NCBI RefSeq assembly: GCF_006345805.1
Contig: NC_043004.1
Span: 64,790,001 to 64,854,000, forward strand
Reading direction: 5' to 3'
Length of the DNA stretch: 64,000 nucleotides
From: Octopus sinensis
Lineage: Eukaryota
Numbering within the stretch: the stretch's first letter is position 1; every line of letters starts with the position of its first letter. Made by a program: the position numbers and the translations under genes. This document shows positions 13,153 through 26,655 of this stretch, one piece after another. The notes beneath the pieces were generated by a model that saw only the letters and a program-made list of their open reading frames with translations, was not told where the DNA came from and ran no database searches.

Positions 13153-13235
13153 ATATATATATATATATACACATACATACACATATACATATATATACAT
13201 ATACATATATATACATATACATACACACATAATCA

Positions 13236-13284
<49 letters not shown>

Positions 13285-13734
13285 TATACATACACATATA
13301 CATATACATACACATATACATATATATACATACACATATATATACATACACATATATATATATATACAGTGAGAGAGAATCTAAGATAGCAATTTATAGC
13401 CTAGAATAAATTTCAAGAATCTAGAGGGAATTTGGAGATTCCACAGAGGAACTTTTCTTTAGATTGAAAAATTCTTTATTGTTATTTGCAGTTTTTGCAA
13501 GATTTATTCTCTTGGATGCTAATGTTAAATGAATACAAGGTAGTTTTTGCACAAAAGAGTAGGTTTATTTTTGTTATATATGGTGGGAGAAAATTAGGAC
13601 GGTGAGTTGGTAGTGGAGAGACAAAGTAAAATGATTAAGAGGAACCAGACCAGGTCTAACAAGACTTGGCACTATAGTAGTCTGTTTTCTGTAATAATTT
13701 GTCATGGATGGAAATAAAACAGAAGAATTAAAGA

Positions 13735-13773
<39 letters not shown>

Positions 13774-15171
13774 ATAAGAGAAATACTTTAAAAATAGAAA
13801 AGAAAATAGAAAAAATTGTCAACTTAAAAACGAAAAAAAACTTTTAGCTAATTCAATTCCTCTAACATTAATGCTTATTTCTATAAAAATGCAATAAACA
13901 GCTGATTACAGGGTTGTAAAAATAAGATAAAAATAATTTGCTGATTTAGCTACTTTCTAGATACCAGCACCACCAACACCACTGACACCAGCACCACCAC
14001 CATCATTGCTGTTTGATAAATTAGGAACACAACAAAAGAAGTATTTGTCTACAAACAGGAATGACTTGGGTTGATATTCGATTTGGTTCCATCCAAGATG
14101 GTTGGTAAATGATTCTAAAAAGATTAAAGATTAATAAGCAACAACAACAAAATAATGAAAAAAGGAAAATTTATAAAAAAACATTGCAAAGAAAAATAAG
14201 TGTAAAGGGTCACTTTGTTGAAGTTAATGTCTAAATAAATCTAATTTAATAAATAGCTGAAATGAAATTAGATTAACTTTTACTGTGTGTATGTATGTAT
14301 ATGAGTGGGTGTATTTACATACATATATACATGTATGTGTATATACGAAAGTATAGATGTGTATTTATTTATTTATTTACATATGTAGATGTATATCATA
14401 CATATATGTATGCATATGTATACACACACATATGTATGCATATGTATACACACACACATATATATACATGTGCCCACACACATATGTGGGAACTTTGAAC
14501 CAAATAGCAAATATTGCAATGACAAAATAGCTTCAAAAAGCCTGTTTCTTTAACAAAAAAGGTTCTGTGTTTTCTTTGTGGTTGACCAACAAGAAAGACA
14601 CAAAAAAAAATGGATGAACAAAATTGAAAACAAAATTACTGTTATCTATCTATCTATCCATCCACTGATTATAACGATGGTGAGTTTATTGTATGCAATG
14701 CTCAGGTGTACTGTAACTCATCAGGAAAGGTTAAAAGAGGGGACAAATAGCAGCACTAAGTCAAGTATAGAAAGACAGTAGTAAAAGCAAAAAGTACATG
14801 CATAATACACAGAATTAAATACAAATGGACAGAAAAGCAAACATGTAGAATAGCCATAGAAAAGAAAGGGTGTAATAGACACATTAGGAAGCATGTAGGC
14901 GAATTTTAAGAAGCATGGAACTTAGGAAGGATGCAGTGTCCTAGCAGTTAATAATAGAGTCTGGTAGTTTACTCCATACTACATCAATTCTGAATGTGAA
15001 AAAACGTTTTCAAGAGTTATGGGTGCTGTGCTGTTTTTTGATCTTTGTAGACATATCCTTGAGGTGTAGAGATACTGAATCCAAAAAGGAAGCCAACATC
15101 GTTGGAAAAATGGTGGATAAACTTGCAGGATTCTGGGAAGTCAGCTGCAAGATACTGAAACTTTAGCTGCC

Positions 15172-18100
15172 TGTTTCATGGTCTGTTTGTTTGTTTATGT
15201 TCAGCTGAACAGAGTGAAAGAGACAGAGAGAGAGAGGAAATAAGTGTATGCATGTGTATCTATGTGTGCATGCTCTTATAAGTATATGCACATGTACACA
15301 CACACACATATATATGTGTATATATATATATATACATTCAATACATTCAAGATATGGCATTAATAGAGGGTATTAATCAGTTTCCAGTAGATTGATATTC
15401 TGGTTAAGGTTGAAGATACAAACCCTGTGGACATACCATAGACATCTTTTACTTTTATTTGTTTCAGTCATTAGACTGTGGCCATGCTGGAGCACCACTT
15501 TGAAGAATTTTTGCCCAAATGAATTGATCCCGATATTTATTTCTATTTTTAAGCACTTATTATATCAGTCTATTTTGCTGAATCACTAAGTCAGGGGACG
15601 TACACATACCAACAATGGTTGCCAAGCAATGGTGGGGGACAAACACAGACATACACACACATAGAAATATATACCACAAGCTTCTTTCAGTTTTCATCTA
15701 CTAAATCCACTCACAAGGCTTTGCTCAGCCTGAGATTATAGTAGAAAACATTTGCCCCAGGTGCCATGCAGTAGGACTGAACCTGGAACCATGGGGTTGA
15801 GAAGCAAGCTTCTTACCACTCAGCCTGCACCATGTATAAATTTAAGTAGATAGGTAGTGAACAGCTGACACAGCTTTTACTGAATGATACTAAGATACTG
15901 GTTCAAACCTCACTATGGTCAGCTCCTCCAGGATTGACAAAGTAAAGCACCAGTGAAGTACTAAGTTCAATTTAGCTGCCTGCTTCTCTTCTAGATTTGT
16001 ATCTTTGTACCTAAGTAAGAAACAGTCCACCTGACTGGCTCCCATGCCAGTGGTACCATCTGAACGTGGCCAACGCCAGTACGCCCTGACTGTCCCCAAT
16101 GCTGGTGGCATGTAAAAAGTACCATCCAAACGTGGCTGATGCCAGTGGCAAGTAAAAAGCACCATCCGAACATGGCCAATGCCAGTACCCCCTGACTGGC
16201 TCCTGTGCCGGTGGCACATAAAAAGCACTCACTACACTCTCAGAGTGGTTGGCATTAGGAAGGGCATCCAGCTGTAGAAACATTGCCAGATCAGATTGGA
16301 GTCTGGTGCATCAGTCAAACCATCCAACTCATGCCAGCATGGAAAACAGACATTAAACAATGATGATGATAATGATTGATGAGTGGTGGATTGACAGAAT
16401 TGTTTGTGAGTTAGACGAAATGCTTTGTGGTATTTGTCCTAGATCTTTACATTTTAAGTTCATATCCTACAGTGGTTAACTTTGCCTTTCATTCTTCCAG
16501 GGTCAATAAAATAAAGTACCAATCAAGTAATATACTCAATGTGATCGACTAAACCTTCCCCAACCCCAAACCCCAAAATTGCTGGCCTTGTGCCAGAATT
16601 TAGAAACCATTTAAGACAGTGAGCTGGCAGAATTGTTAACATGCTAGAGAAAATGCTTAGCAGCTTTTCTTCTGGTTTTGCATTCAGAGTTCAAATCCTG
16701 CCACGGTCTACAGCATAAAGGAATAATAATAATAATAACAATAATAATAATTTATTTCAAGTCCCCAAACATGAATAACAATAAAACAATGACATTCTCA
16801 CCCACAATTATCGTCATCATGATCATCATCATTATCCATCAGCTCTAACAATAACATCAACAACAAATGAAGCATTAACACACAGATACACCAATTCATC
16901 GACACCCTTTTATTTTTACGTCTGACTTCCCATACTTGCATGGGTTTGAAGGATCTTCTCTTCCCAAGTACAGAGTCTCACCATTTGTTGTCATCCTTCA
17001 TCATCTCCTTCCTGAAGTTTGCACTTTTGGCATCAGTTCCCATCATTTCTTACAGTCTTCCTCTTCTACCAGTTCCTCCTCCTTACTCCTGAATTACTTG
17101 CTACTTTACCTGTATTTAATCTGATATCGTTCCTCCACTCTCTCTCTCTCTCTCTCTCTCCATATATATATATATATATATAAGGAAACAGAAAATAGAT
17201 TTAGCACAGTATAACAATCGTTTCACCCCATCCAGCAACTACTCATTATGGCTAGGATATTGTGAAGAAAGCTTCTTAACCGTTTGACCATACTGTGCCT
17301 GCTCATGCACATGTTTCTATAAAAATGTATTGCTGTTGTTGTTGTTGTTCCCTAACACTAAATCAGATCAGCCTCTGACTTTGACCAAGGTTTTACGTAA
17401 GGAGCACCAACAAACATGTATATATACAAACACAGTCACAAACACAATAGCTGCAGACATGTGTGTGTGTGTGTGTTCACATGCATACAGATATGAAGAC
17501 AACAAGAAATATAATTAGGTGTGTCTATGCAATAAAACGCATCAGGCATGTTAATAAACACCCATTTTGTACTATCATTAACTCAATTACTAACAACAAA
17601 TTTGACAAATCATAAGTTACCAAAAGAAAACAAAAACAATATCGGTATTTACTACATTTTTATTTTTAACGCAAACACATACATATGCATACACACACAC
17701 ATATATATATATATATAGATGCTTACATATGTATATTTTTTAACGCTTCCTTTTTAAATCTTTTCATTTTCCTAAATATTTGGTTACATACAAATGGATT
17801 TTCTCTTTGAATTTTATAAATTATAAAATTATGGGTTTTGCAACAAAGGCAAGGAAATTTCTGTTTTTTAAATGTATATACACCATATAGATATATAATA
17901 TATATATATTATATATATATATATATATGGGTATGGAGGTATAATATATATATATGGGGGGGGTGGGTGTGTATGTATATATATATATATACATATATAT
18001 GGGAGTGTGTGTACACACACACACAAATATATGTGAGCATATTTAACAGTTTGAAAGTAAAAGCAGCAAAGATAGAATAGATTTTGTTTCTACAAATTAA

Positions 18101-18681
18101 TCTTTAACATTGGAATTTCTTCGATAAAGCAGAAAAGAAAATTAAATTAACAAAAATTAAATTAACAAAAAACAAATCTTTTTAAATAAACAAAAACATA
18201 TATATGTGTGTGTGTACTATTTAAACTGTTATTGATTATTTTTTTACATTATTCATGTAACATTATTCAAATGCTATTTTACATGCCTCAGCAGGATATA
18301 TATAATATATATATTATATATATATAATATATAATATATATATATATATATATCAATTGTATGTTAAATGCTTTTTTATTTCAGGAATACCTCTTTCCTT
18401 CCTTCCACATCCTTATTTCATGGGGGTTTTTTCTCATATGACATGTATTTGTTGTATGTTTGTGCTTTGTGTCAGCAGTGTGTATGCACAAGCATGTATA
18501 TATATATATATACACACATATATATATATATATACACATATATATGTGTGTGTGTGTACATGTGCATATACTTATAAGAGCATGCACACATAGATACACA
18601 TGCATACACTTATTTCCTCTCTCTCTCTGTCTCCTTCACTCTGTTCAGCTGAACATAAACAAACAAACAGACCATGAAACA
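15172..18681. repeat. Inverted repeat, arms about 15172-15334 and 18519-18681
   Basis: About 160 bp reverse-complement identity with one mismatch noted (A15219 opposite C18634); also visible as mirrored ORFs 15163-15360(-) and 18460-18771(+). Confidence 0.9.
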
Positions 18682-18705
18682 ATATTAGAAAGCACAAGTA
18701 CATAC

Positions 18706-18741
<36 letters not shown>

Positions 18742-18861
18742 AGTATCAATTCTTTAATATATGTAAATTAAAAGATATATATATATATCTTTTACTTAAC
18801 TTTAAAAAGATAAGTTCATGCAACAAATAACATACACATATACTTACACACACACACACTC

Positions 18862-18914
<53 letters not shown>

Positions 18915-19294
18915 TTTGTATGTATGTATTTATATATACACATGTCCATACACAAATGCACACCAACAACTACAATAATACAATACAAAGCATTTTCAAC
19001 AAACAGACTCCCACCACCCACAAAAGCCCTTTTCCCTCCTTCCCTCCCTCCCATCCAAATCCCAATTTGGCTGCTGGCTGCATTTTGACTAAAAAGCGTG
19101 TTTGTTTGCTTGCTTTTTAGTTTTCTATTTGTTGTGGATTTTATTGTTGAGTGACATAATTTTATATTATTCCGTCTGTGGCGTATATGCACATTTTTTC
19201 ATTATTGTTTGCTTGTGTTCATATTGCCCGGTGTTGTTTAGAAAAAAAATAATTATAAAATCATCTTCAGTGCTTTCGAGTGTGTGTGTGTGTT

Positions 19295-19339
<45 letters not shown>

Positions 19340-19502
19340 TCGCACACACACATATATATACATATATGTAGATATATATGCATATATATATATATGTCGT
19401 ATATATTATAGATAGATATATCAATATATTATGCATACATCGTATATATACATATATATACACACACACACACTCCTATATATGTATATTTGTATATGTA
19501 TA

Positions 19503-19547
<45 letters not shown>

Positions 19548-19828
19548 TCCTATATATGTATATTTGTGTGTATATATATATGTATGCATGTATGTACGAT
19601 GTGCATATATATATATATATATGTATGTGCATATATATATGTATGTATATATGTATGGGTGTATATATATATATATATATATATATAAATGAATACATAT
19701 ATAATGCTATCCTAGAACACAAGTCACTTGTAATGGAAGCATTGATAGGATATATTTTCTTAGCAACAAGAATGGTAGCAACAGCAAATAACAGTAGTAG
19801 TAATAATAATAATAATAATAATAATAAT

Positions 19829-20065
19829 GTGTGTAAAGAGGTTGAAAAAATCACCAAGTACTCCGAATTGAAAGTGGAAATGGCAAGACTGTATGGAATG
19901 CGAGAGGGTAATGCAACAGTGATACCAGTGGTGAGCAGAGCATTGGGCTCAATCCCGTTGAAACTGCAAGACTTCTTAAGGCAACTGGAAATCCCATGCA
20001 AAAAGCAGCATTATTGGGCTCAGCACACATCTTAAGGAAAGTATTATCTGTCTGAGGTCCTTGTT
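19829..20065 (+). mobile_element. R4/Dong-like non-LTR retrotransposon 3' fragment (restriction-like endonuclease C-terminus)
   Basis: [18 protein letters not shown]...[13 protein letters not shown]..., then frameshifted [17 protein letters not shown]; 5' end abuts (TAA)n at 19801-19828; 3' end runs into the N-gap. Confidence 0.8.
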
Positions 20066-20165
20066 NNNNNNNNNNNNNNNNNNNNNNNNNNNNNNNNNNN
20101 NNNNNNNNNNNNNNNNNNNNNNNNNNNNNNNNNNNNNNNNNNNNNNNNNNNNNNNNNNNNNNNNN
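20066..20165. other. Assembly gap (100 N)
   Basis: Run of N; true size unknown. Confidence 1.
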
Positions 20166-20420
20166 TATATATATATATTATATATAATATATATATATAT
20201 ATATCTATACATATACAAATATATTACATATACATATATATATAAATTATATATATACATAATATATATATGTTTAAGTAGTTGAATGAATTATCCTAGT
20301 ATGGATAATTCGGTTAACCGATACCTGGGTAGTAAATTCATGTCAGAAAAACACGGTTGAAGCTACATGCCAAGGGCAGAAATCACGTGCTTTCGTGTGG
20401 AAATTTGTGTGTTTTTTTAC

Positions 20421-20671
20421 TATAGATAAATGAAAGAATGGTGTCGAACGACGATTAAACAAAATTCCTTTATTCTCAACATATGTTTCGAAGACTGCAT
20501 ATTCTTAATTCCGAAGGAATAAAGGGTGCATTATGCCGTCTTGTCTTTCCTGATGAGAAGACGGCATAATGCACCCTTTATTCCTTCGGATTAAGAATAT
20601 GCAGTCTTCGAAACATATGTCGAGAATAAAGGAATTTTGTTAATCGTCGTTCGACTCCATTCTTTCATTTA

Positions 20672-20677
<6 letters not shown>
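20421..20677. repeat. Palindromic element (about 120-bp arms, 15-nt loop) carrying a hammerhead motif
   Basis: Arms 20421-20542 and 20558-20677 are near-perfect reverse complements; loop gtctttcctgatgag. Confidence 0.9.
20543..20632 (+). ncRNA. Type-I hammerhead ribozyme candidate with intact core and extended stem II
   Basis: CUGAUGA 20550-20556; stem II gaagacggcata/tatgcagtcttc (11/12 bp, G10.1-C11.1); GAAA 20610-20613; palindromic ACAUAUGU stem III; GUC triplet 20619-20621; stem I only about 4 bp. Confidence 0.65.
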
Positions 20678-20712
<35 letters not shown>

Positions 20713-20713
20713 G

Positions 20714-20748
<35 letters not shown>

Positions 20749-21586
20749 TATATAGATATATATATACATATATATACATATATATATACATACATATATA
20801 TATAAACATATATATATAAAAATATATATATACATATATATATACATTATATATATACAAATAAATATACATAATATATACATATATATAACATAATATA
20901 TACATATATATACATACATATATATAATATATAATATACATATATATATAAATAGATGAGTGTATTTTTACCTTGTTAACAATTAACACGGAAAAAATAA
21001 ATAAATAGTTACCAGGGCAGCAAAAATCTCACAAGTAAATATATACATATATATACATATACATATATACATATATATACATACATATTAATACATATAT
21101 ATATATACATATATATACATACACATATATATACATACATATATGAAAACATAAACAATACTCTTTTACCCTTTTACTTGTTTCAGTCATTTGACTGCAG
21201 CCATGCTGGAGCACTGCCTTTAATCGAGCAACTCGACCCAGGGACTTATTCTTTTTAAGCCCAGTACTTATTCTCTTTTGCCAAACCGCTAAGTGACGGA
21301 GACATAAACACTCCAGCATCGGTTGGTAGCAGAAAGTTTATTTATGTTAGTGTGATGCATATCTATGCAAGCATATATAAATCCATATATCCATATATAT
21401 AGATGTATATACATGCATATACAAATACGCATGGGTGTGAATATATGTATCTCCACATTCAAGAATATATACATACATATATATGTGTTTGCATGTGTGT
21501 ATGTATATATGTGTGTGGATATATACGCATGTATATATATGTGAATATATATATATGCAAATATATATGTGCGTGTGTATATATAT

Positions 21587-21897
21587 ATAATAATAATAAT
21601 AATGAAATTATTGTATACAGTGCTCAGGTGCACCACAACTTGTCAGAAAGTGCGTATAAAGTATATGCAGTAATGTACAAATGTCTGGAAAGCGAACAAT
21701 GTATGAGTTAGATGCATGCTTGTCTGTGTATGGAGGGGAGAAAATCAGGTGTAGTGTTGGCGAATCTCAGAAAGCATGGAAGTTTTGTAGGATGCAGTGC
21801 TCCGACAACTAACAACTGATGCCGGCAGTTTATTCCATGCTTCAGCAACTCTCAGCGTGAAAAAATGTTTTGTAAAGTCATGAGAGCTGTGCAATGC
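21587..21897 (-). mobile_element. CR1/L2-type LINE 3' end with (ATT)n tail
   Basis: Minus translation HDFTKHFFTLRVAEAWNKLPASVV, the FFS.RV..AWN.LP motif of the ORF2 C-terminus; related older copy near 14760-15020. Confidence 0.7.
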
Positions 21898-22725
21898 ATG
21901 CATCTATATATGCATGTATATATATATGTTTGTATACATGTGTGTATATATATGCATTTTAATATATATATATATATCAAACTAAAGTTATAGGACAAAC
22001 AAATGCAAGGTCATCCACATAACATTTCATAACTCGAACATTTAATCATAGAATATACATATAAACATCACGGAAGATGGAATATAATTCATCTGTACAA
22101 GAAAGTGCGAGAAAAAATGTGTGAATATATGTGAATACAGTTCATCACGGTTAAAAGTTAATACTTTAGCGATTAAGAAAAATATATTTTTTTTTTTTTA
22201 AAATATTACAACACCTAGAAGGTAAAAATATAGTATAAAGTAATATATATATAGGTATATAAAAATATATAGAAAAATATATAAATATAGGAAGCATATA
22301 AAAATATATAATATACAATGTAAAATAAAATAAAGGTTCATCGTTTAGAAAATCTTATAAAATTACTTATCGAATAAGAGAGGCCTTATAGTTAAAAAGA
22401 GGAAACCATGTTTACTAAATTCCCTATGGCCATTTCAGGGGTATATTATTGTGTTTAAAGCACTAGGGTGCATCACGCTAATAACTCCTTCATCAGGGGA
22501 AAAATAGAGAGACAGACATCATCTCGTAGCAGGCTGAACACAATATTGTGTGTTTTCTTATTGAAGCAGTCATGCTCAGACGAGCCCAGAAGAAAGAATC
22601 AAAACAGTAAAAAAATTATTATATATAAAGCAGTAGAAAAATAAAGCAGTAAAAAAAAAAATGGGTGTATTAAATTAAATTAAATTGAACCTCCGTGGTT
22701 TCAAACCCTGTCAGAGCTAAACTAT

Positions 22726-23000
22726 TTATTTTCTACAACTTATTTTATTTCTATATACTTTTAAAAATGTAGAAGAAAATTTATGGATGCAAAAGGGAAT
22801 CACATCAGTAAATTTATCCAGAGTGTGCGGTCCATAACCCCTAAGGGTGGTAAGGGATTCCCTTATGCGCAGCTTACACCTGTAAATATTTCCCTTGAAA
22901 TATGGGGTTTTAGAGATAATGGACCATTCTAGATAATAATTCTTATTATTTTTCTTTAAATTGTGTATATGGGATGCAAGTGTTGTAGAGTCCTTGTTTG
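22726..23000 (-). pseudogene. Decayed Penelope GIY-YIG C-terminal fragment
   Basis: TTLASHIHNLKKNN...LEWSIISKT...CKLRIRESL aligns by eye with TTLAAHIWHLKRNS...KWRLLQRA...CDLCISESL of the 46077-46928 ORF. Confidence 0.65.
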
Positions 23001-24448
23001 TTGTTGTAAATGTTGTTGTTGTTGCTGTTGGTATCTTCAACTTCTTTTCTCTTTTCAATCTCAAATGTTGTGTTTCTGTGATACACTTTTGTGATTTTTT
23101 CCCACACATTTCTTTATATTTTTCTGTGATTTTCTGTTTTGTTTTTTTCTCTATTGTGTGCAGTATTTAAAAGGCTTGTTTGATTGTCTTTCCAACCGTT
23201 TTTTTCGCCAATATTCCCACCCCAACCCTCAGCTCAAAAAAAGAAATATATTTTATTAAGTTCATTCTGAAATAATACAGACATTTCACTACAGTTGCAG
23301 TTTCTCACCACCATCACCATAAACTCTCACCAACTTTGTTAGACCCCATTTAAAATGTCCCTGGGAGTGAGTAGTCAAGAGGGTTAAAGTTTGGGGTGGG
23401 GAGTGTTAACCAAATGTACCTTATATTTTCAATAATAGATATTGGTTATTTGCAAATTATTGGCTCTGATGTTCATTTTGTAGTTATCTGGATTTGAAAC
23501 CCCACTGTCAGCATCTTGAGCTTGCTACTGATTGAGCTGTTGTTACATTCTACAAACTGTTCATCAGTCATTGGACTGCAGCCATTCTCAGGCACTACCT
23601 TGAAGGGTACTTATATTGAGAAGGGGGGGGGGGTATTATCATAATTATTAGTACTTATTTCAAAGTCTGGTTCTTATGATATCAGTCCCTTTTGCCAAAC
23701 TCCTTAAGTTATGGAGACAAATAAATCAACAGTGCACGCTAAGTGGTGAAGGGATAAACACATACACACAGTTTTAAATTCTCTTCATGAGGCAGCTGCA
23801 ACCAAGATGCATTTATTTCATAGTCCTTCACTAGAAATTTTGGTCATCTATTCGCATTAGTTGGTCTACGACTTTCATGTTCTTGTATCTATCCCACCAA
23901 TATCAATGTAAAGTGATCTTCATCTTCTGTTAACCCTTACTGAATAGGAACTAAGTTCTGTGCATGTGCACCTGAGACAGGGGAACCTATTTTGTATTGG
24001 AGGTACTTTCTGGAATTCTTCAAATTTCATATGATGTCATATGCACATTTTATTTTCATTGGCTAATAAAAAGAGGCTGTGAGAAGTGATTTACATATGA
24101 TTAGCATGTTATATCACCTGCAAAAATTTAATCAGCACAAAGGTACATAACTTCATTAGACATACCTTCAGGCTTAAGAATAACCAAAAGAGTTTAATCC
24201 TTGATTTTAAAATCTCTGTAGGTAGTTTTGATTTCCTGGTCATTTTTATAAATATATTAAGGAGACATCTCTGACTTAAGTTTATGAAAATGTACATGAA
24301 GCAAAAATCAACTATGTTTGTTTATTCCCTAATATCTTTGATAAAAGTAAGATAAACTATGTTTCATGACCTAAGTTATCTAGTCTATTGAATGGATTGC
24401 AGTGAGATGTAGAAGATGGTATTGATTTGTAAAACACTTATTCTATAT

Positions 24449-24837
24449 AGGTGCAGGAGTGGCTGTGTGGTAAGTGGCTTGCTTACCAACCACATGGTTC
24501 AGGGTTAAGTCCCACTGCATGGCACCTTGGGCAAGTGTCTTCTACTATAGTCTTGGGCTGACTAAAGCCTTGTGAGTGGATTTGGTAGATGGAAACTGAA
24601 AGAAGCCCATCGTATATATGTATATGTGTGTGTTTGTGTGTCTGTGTTTGTCCCCCCCACCAATATCGCTTGACAACCGATGCTGGTGTGTTTATGTCCC
24701 CCATAATAGTGGTTTGGCAAAAGAGACTGATAAAATAAGTACTAGGCTTACAAAGAATAAGTCTCGGGTCGATTTGCTTGACTAAAGGCGGTGCTCTAGC
24801 ATGGCCACAGTCAAATGACTGAAACAAGTAAAAGAGT
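24449..24837 (+). mobile_element. Full-length SINE family 1
   Basis: aggtgcaggagtggctgtgtggtaag...ggcaccttgggcaagtgtct...ggcggtgctctagcatggccacagtcaaatgactgaaacaagtaaaagag. Confidence 0.9.
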
Positions 24838-24945
24838 ATGTGTGTGTGTGCGAGAGAGAGAAAATGTGTGTGTGTATGTTTTATATACACATAGTATATG
24901 TATGTATGATATATATATAGTATATGATGTGTATGGATCTATACA

Positions 24946-25109
24946 CACTGTGTGTCAAATTATTAGGCAGCTCAGTTTTTTTGCAATAACAGAGTATTTA
25001 TTCATTCGAATCCAGATATTTTTCCACTGCATGTTGCCATCATTCAGTGAAAAAATAATTTGAACTTATTTCGATAAAACAGAGCTGCCTAATAATTTGA
25101 CACACAGTG
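24946..25109. mobile_element. Tc1-like MITE (164 bp)
   Basis: Perfect 28-bp TIR cactgtgtgtcaaattattaggcagctc; TA at the right flank; TIR resembles recalled Tc1-type CACTGTGTGCAGAATTATTAGGC ends. Confidence 0.8.
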
Positions 25110-26257
25110 TATATGTATGAGTTTATATGTGTGTACTTGTATCTGTGTATATATTTATGTAGATTTGTGTGTATGCAGAACTGTGTTTAACTTGTAATAG
25201 TCGTCTATAAAGAAAATCAAATGTGTTCATGGTATCTTCTAAAAATGTTTTTAAAAAAAAAGAAACAGGTAATTATACCTTGTTGAAACATGACAAAACA
25301 TACAGATGACAAAAAGAAAACAGCTTTCTTAACCAAAAAATTACTGGCTCAATTTAGAGAGAAATAACATTTTCCAAATCTCTTTGAATAATCTCTACAG
25401 TGCTGTAAGTTATTAAGATTGTCCTGTCCAACACAGTTGACAGTTGCTGTAAAGGACAATGACATTACTTTCAGTGAATTTGTCAAAGCTGAAAGATTCC
25501 AGACTCAGAATATAAACAGCCTGTTTTGGTCTTTCATCAAAATTTCATGTTAATTTCAAACAGCAGCTTAGCAAAGTTTTTTTTTTCTTTTAATTAAATT
25601 CTTTATTTTTAAAATTGAATTAAACAGAATAAGCATATTTTAACAGAAATATGATAACAAAAATTTGTTACCCTGTTTCTATTTATCATTTTGCAGTTGA
25701 AATACACTGCCGTTTTCTTTCAGCAAATAATTTTGAAAATAATGAAGAATTTAGTGGAATAATTGTGCTGATTGATGCTGTTAATAAACCATTGCAGGAC
25801 AACATTTGCTAGTTATGTAAATTTATTTTGTGAATAAAATGAAAACAACGTTAATACAAGTAAGACTGAAATTTAAATGTTAACTTAGAAAAAGAATAAA
25901 ATATACAAGATATGAAACCACACCAGCAAAAGTCTGAGAAAATTTACAGCAATATTACCTCTCCATTGTGTGTTTCTATAGTTTGAAATAGGTCACTGTA
26001 ATGAGAAAGAAGGATTAATGAATTTTGGTGAGGAAAGAAGCTAGTTCTAAAGTGCACTATTTGAAGTTGATGAAAGGGACAGATGTCCTTTTTTGTGGTG
26101 GAAGTACTTGCAGGTGGTGCAATGCATTAAAAATTGTTTTTACTTGTGGTGGTGAGAAAATACCTCCTAGTTAATGCTGCTTGGCACCTTCTCCCAGGTA
26201 TTGCATGCACTTTTCTTTGCTGTTATCTTCTGCAACACAACTGTCAATAAATTGTCT

Positions 26258-26400
26258 ATGGGTTTTGTGACTGAGTCACTTAAGATTTTTTGTAGTTGAG
26301 TCATTTCTTGGTTTTGTAATTGAGCTGCTCGTCAGTTTCATGGTTGAGCCACTTGGTTTTGCAGTTGAGCCAACAATTTGTTTTGTGAATGAGCTATTTT
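26258..26400. repeat. Degenerate minisatellite, about 6 units of 21-25 bp
   Basis: Units approximate tggttttgtagttgagccact. Confidence 0.6.
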
Positions 26401-26596
26401 CCAGTTGTGTGTGTGTGTGCGTGAGAGAGAGAGAGAGAGTGATAAGCATCTGGTTTCAAAGAAAATAATGCTTCACAGAAAACTTTAGAGAAATGTTTCA
26501 AAAGTGCTGGTAACATTTCACTAAGGTCCAACAACAAAATCTTTAAGAATAACTAAACAATTTATTTATTTATTTATCTCTCTCTATCTCTCTATT

Positions 26597-26655
<59 letters not shown>

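Noticed and set aside
26258-26400. CRISPR-like repeat array
   Set aside because: Degenerate adjacent units without unique spacers, in eukaryotic DNA; ordinary minisatellite.
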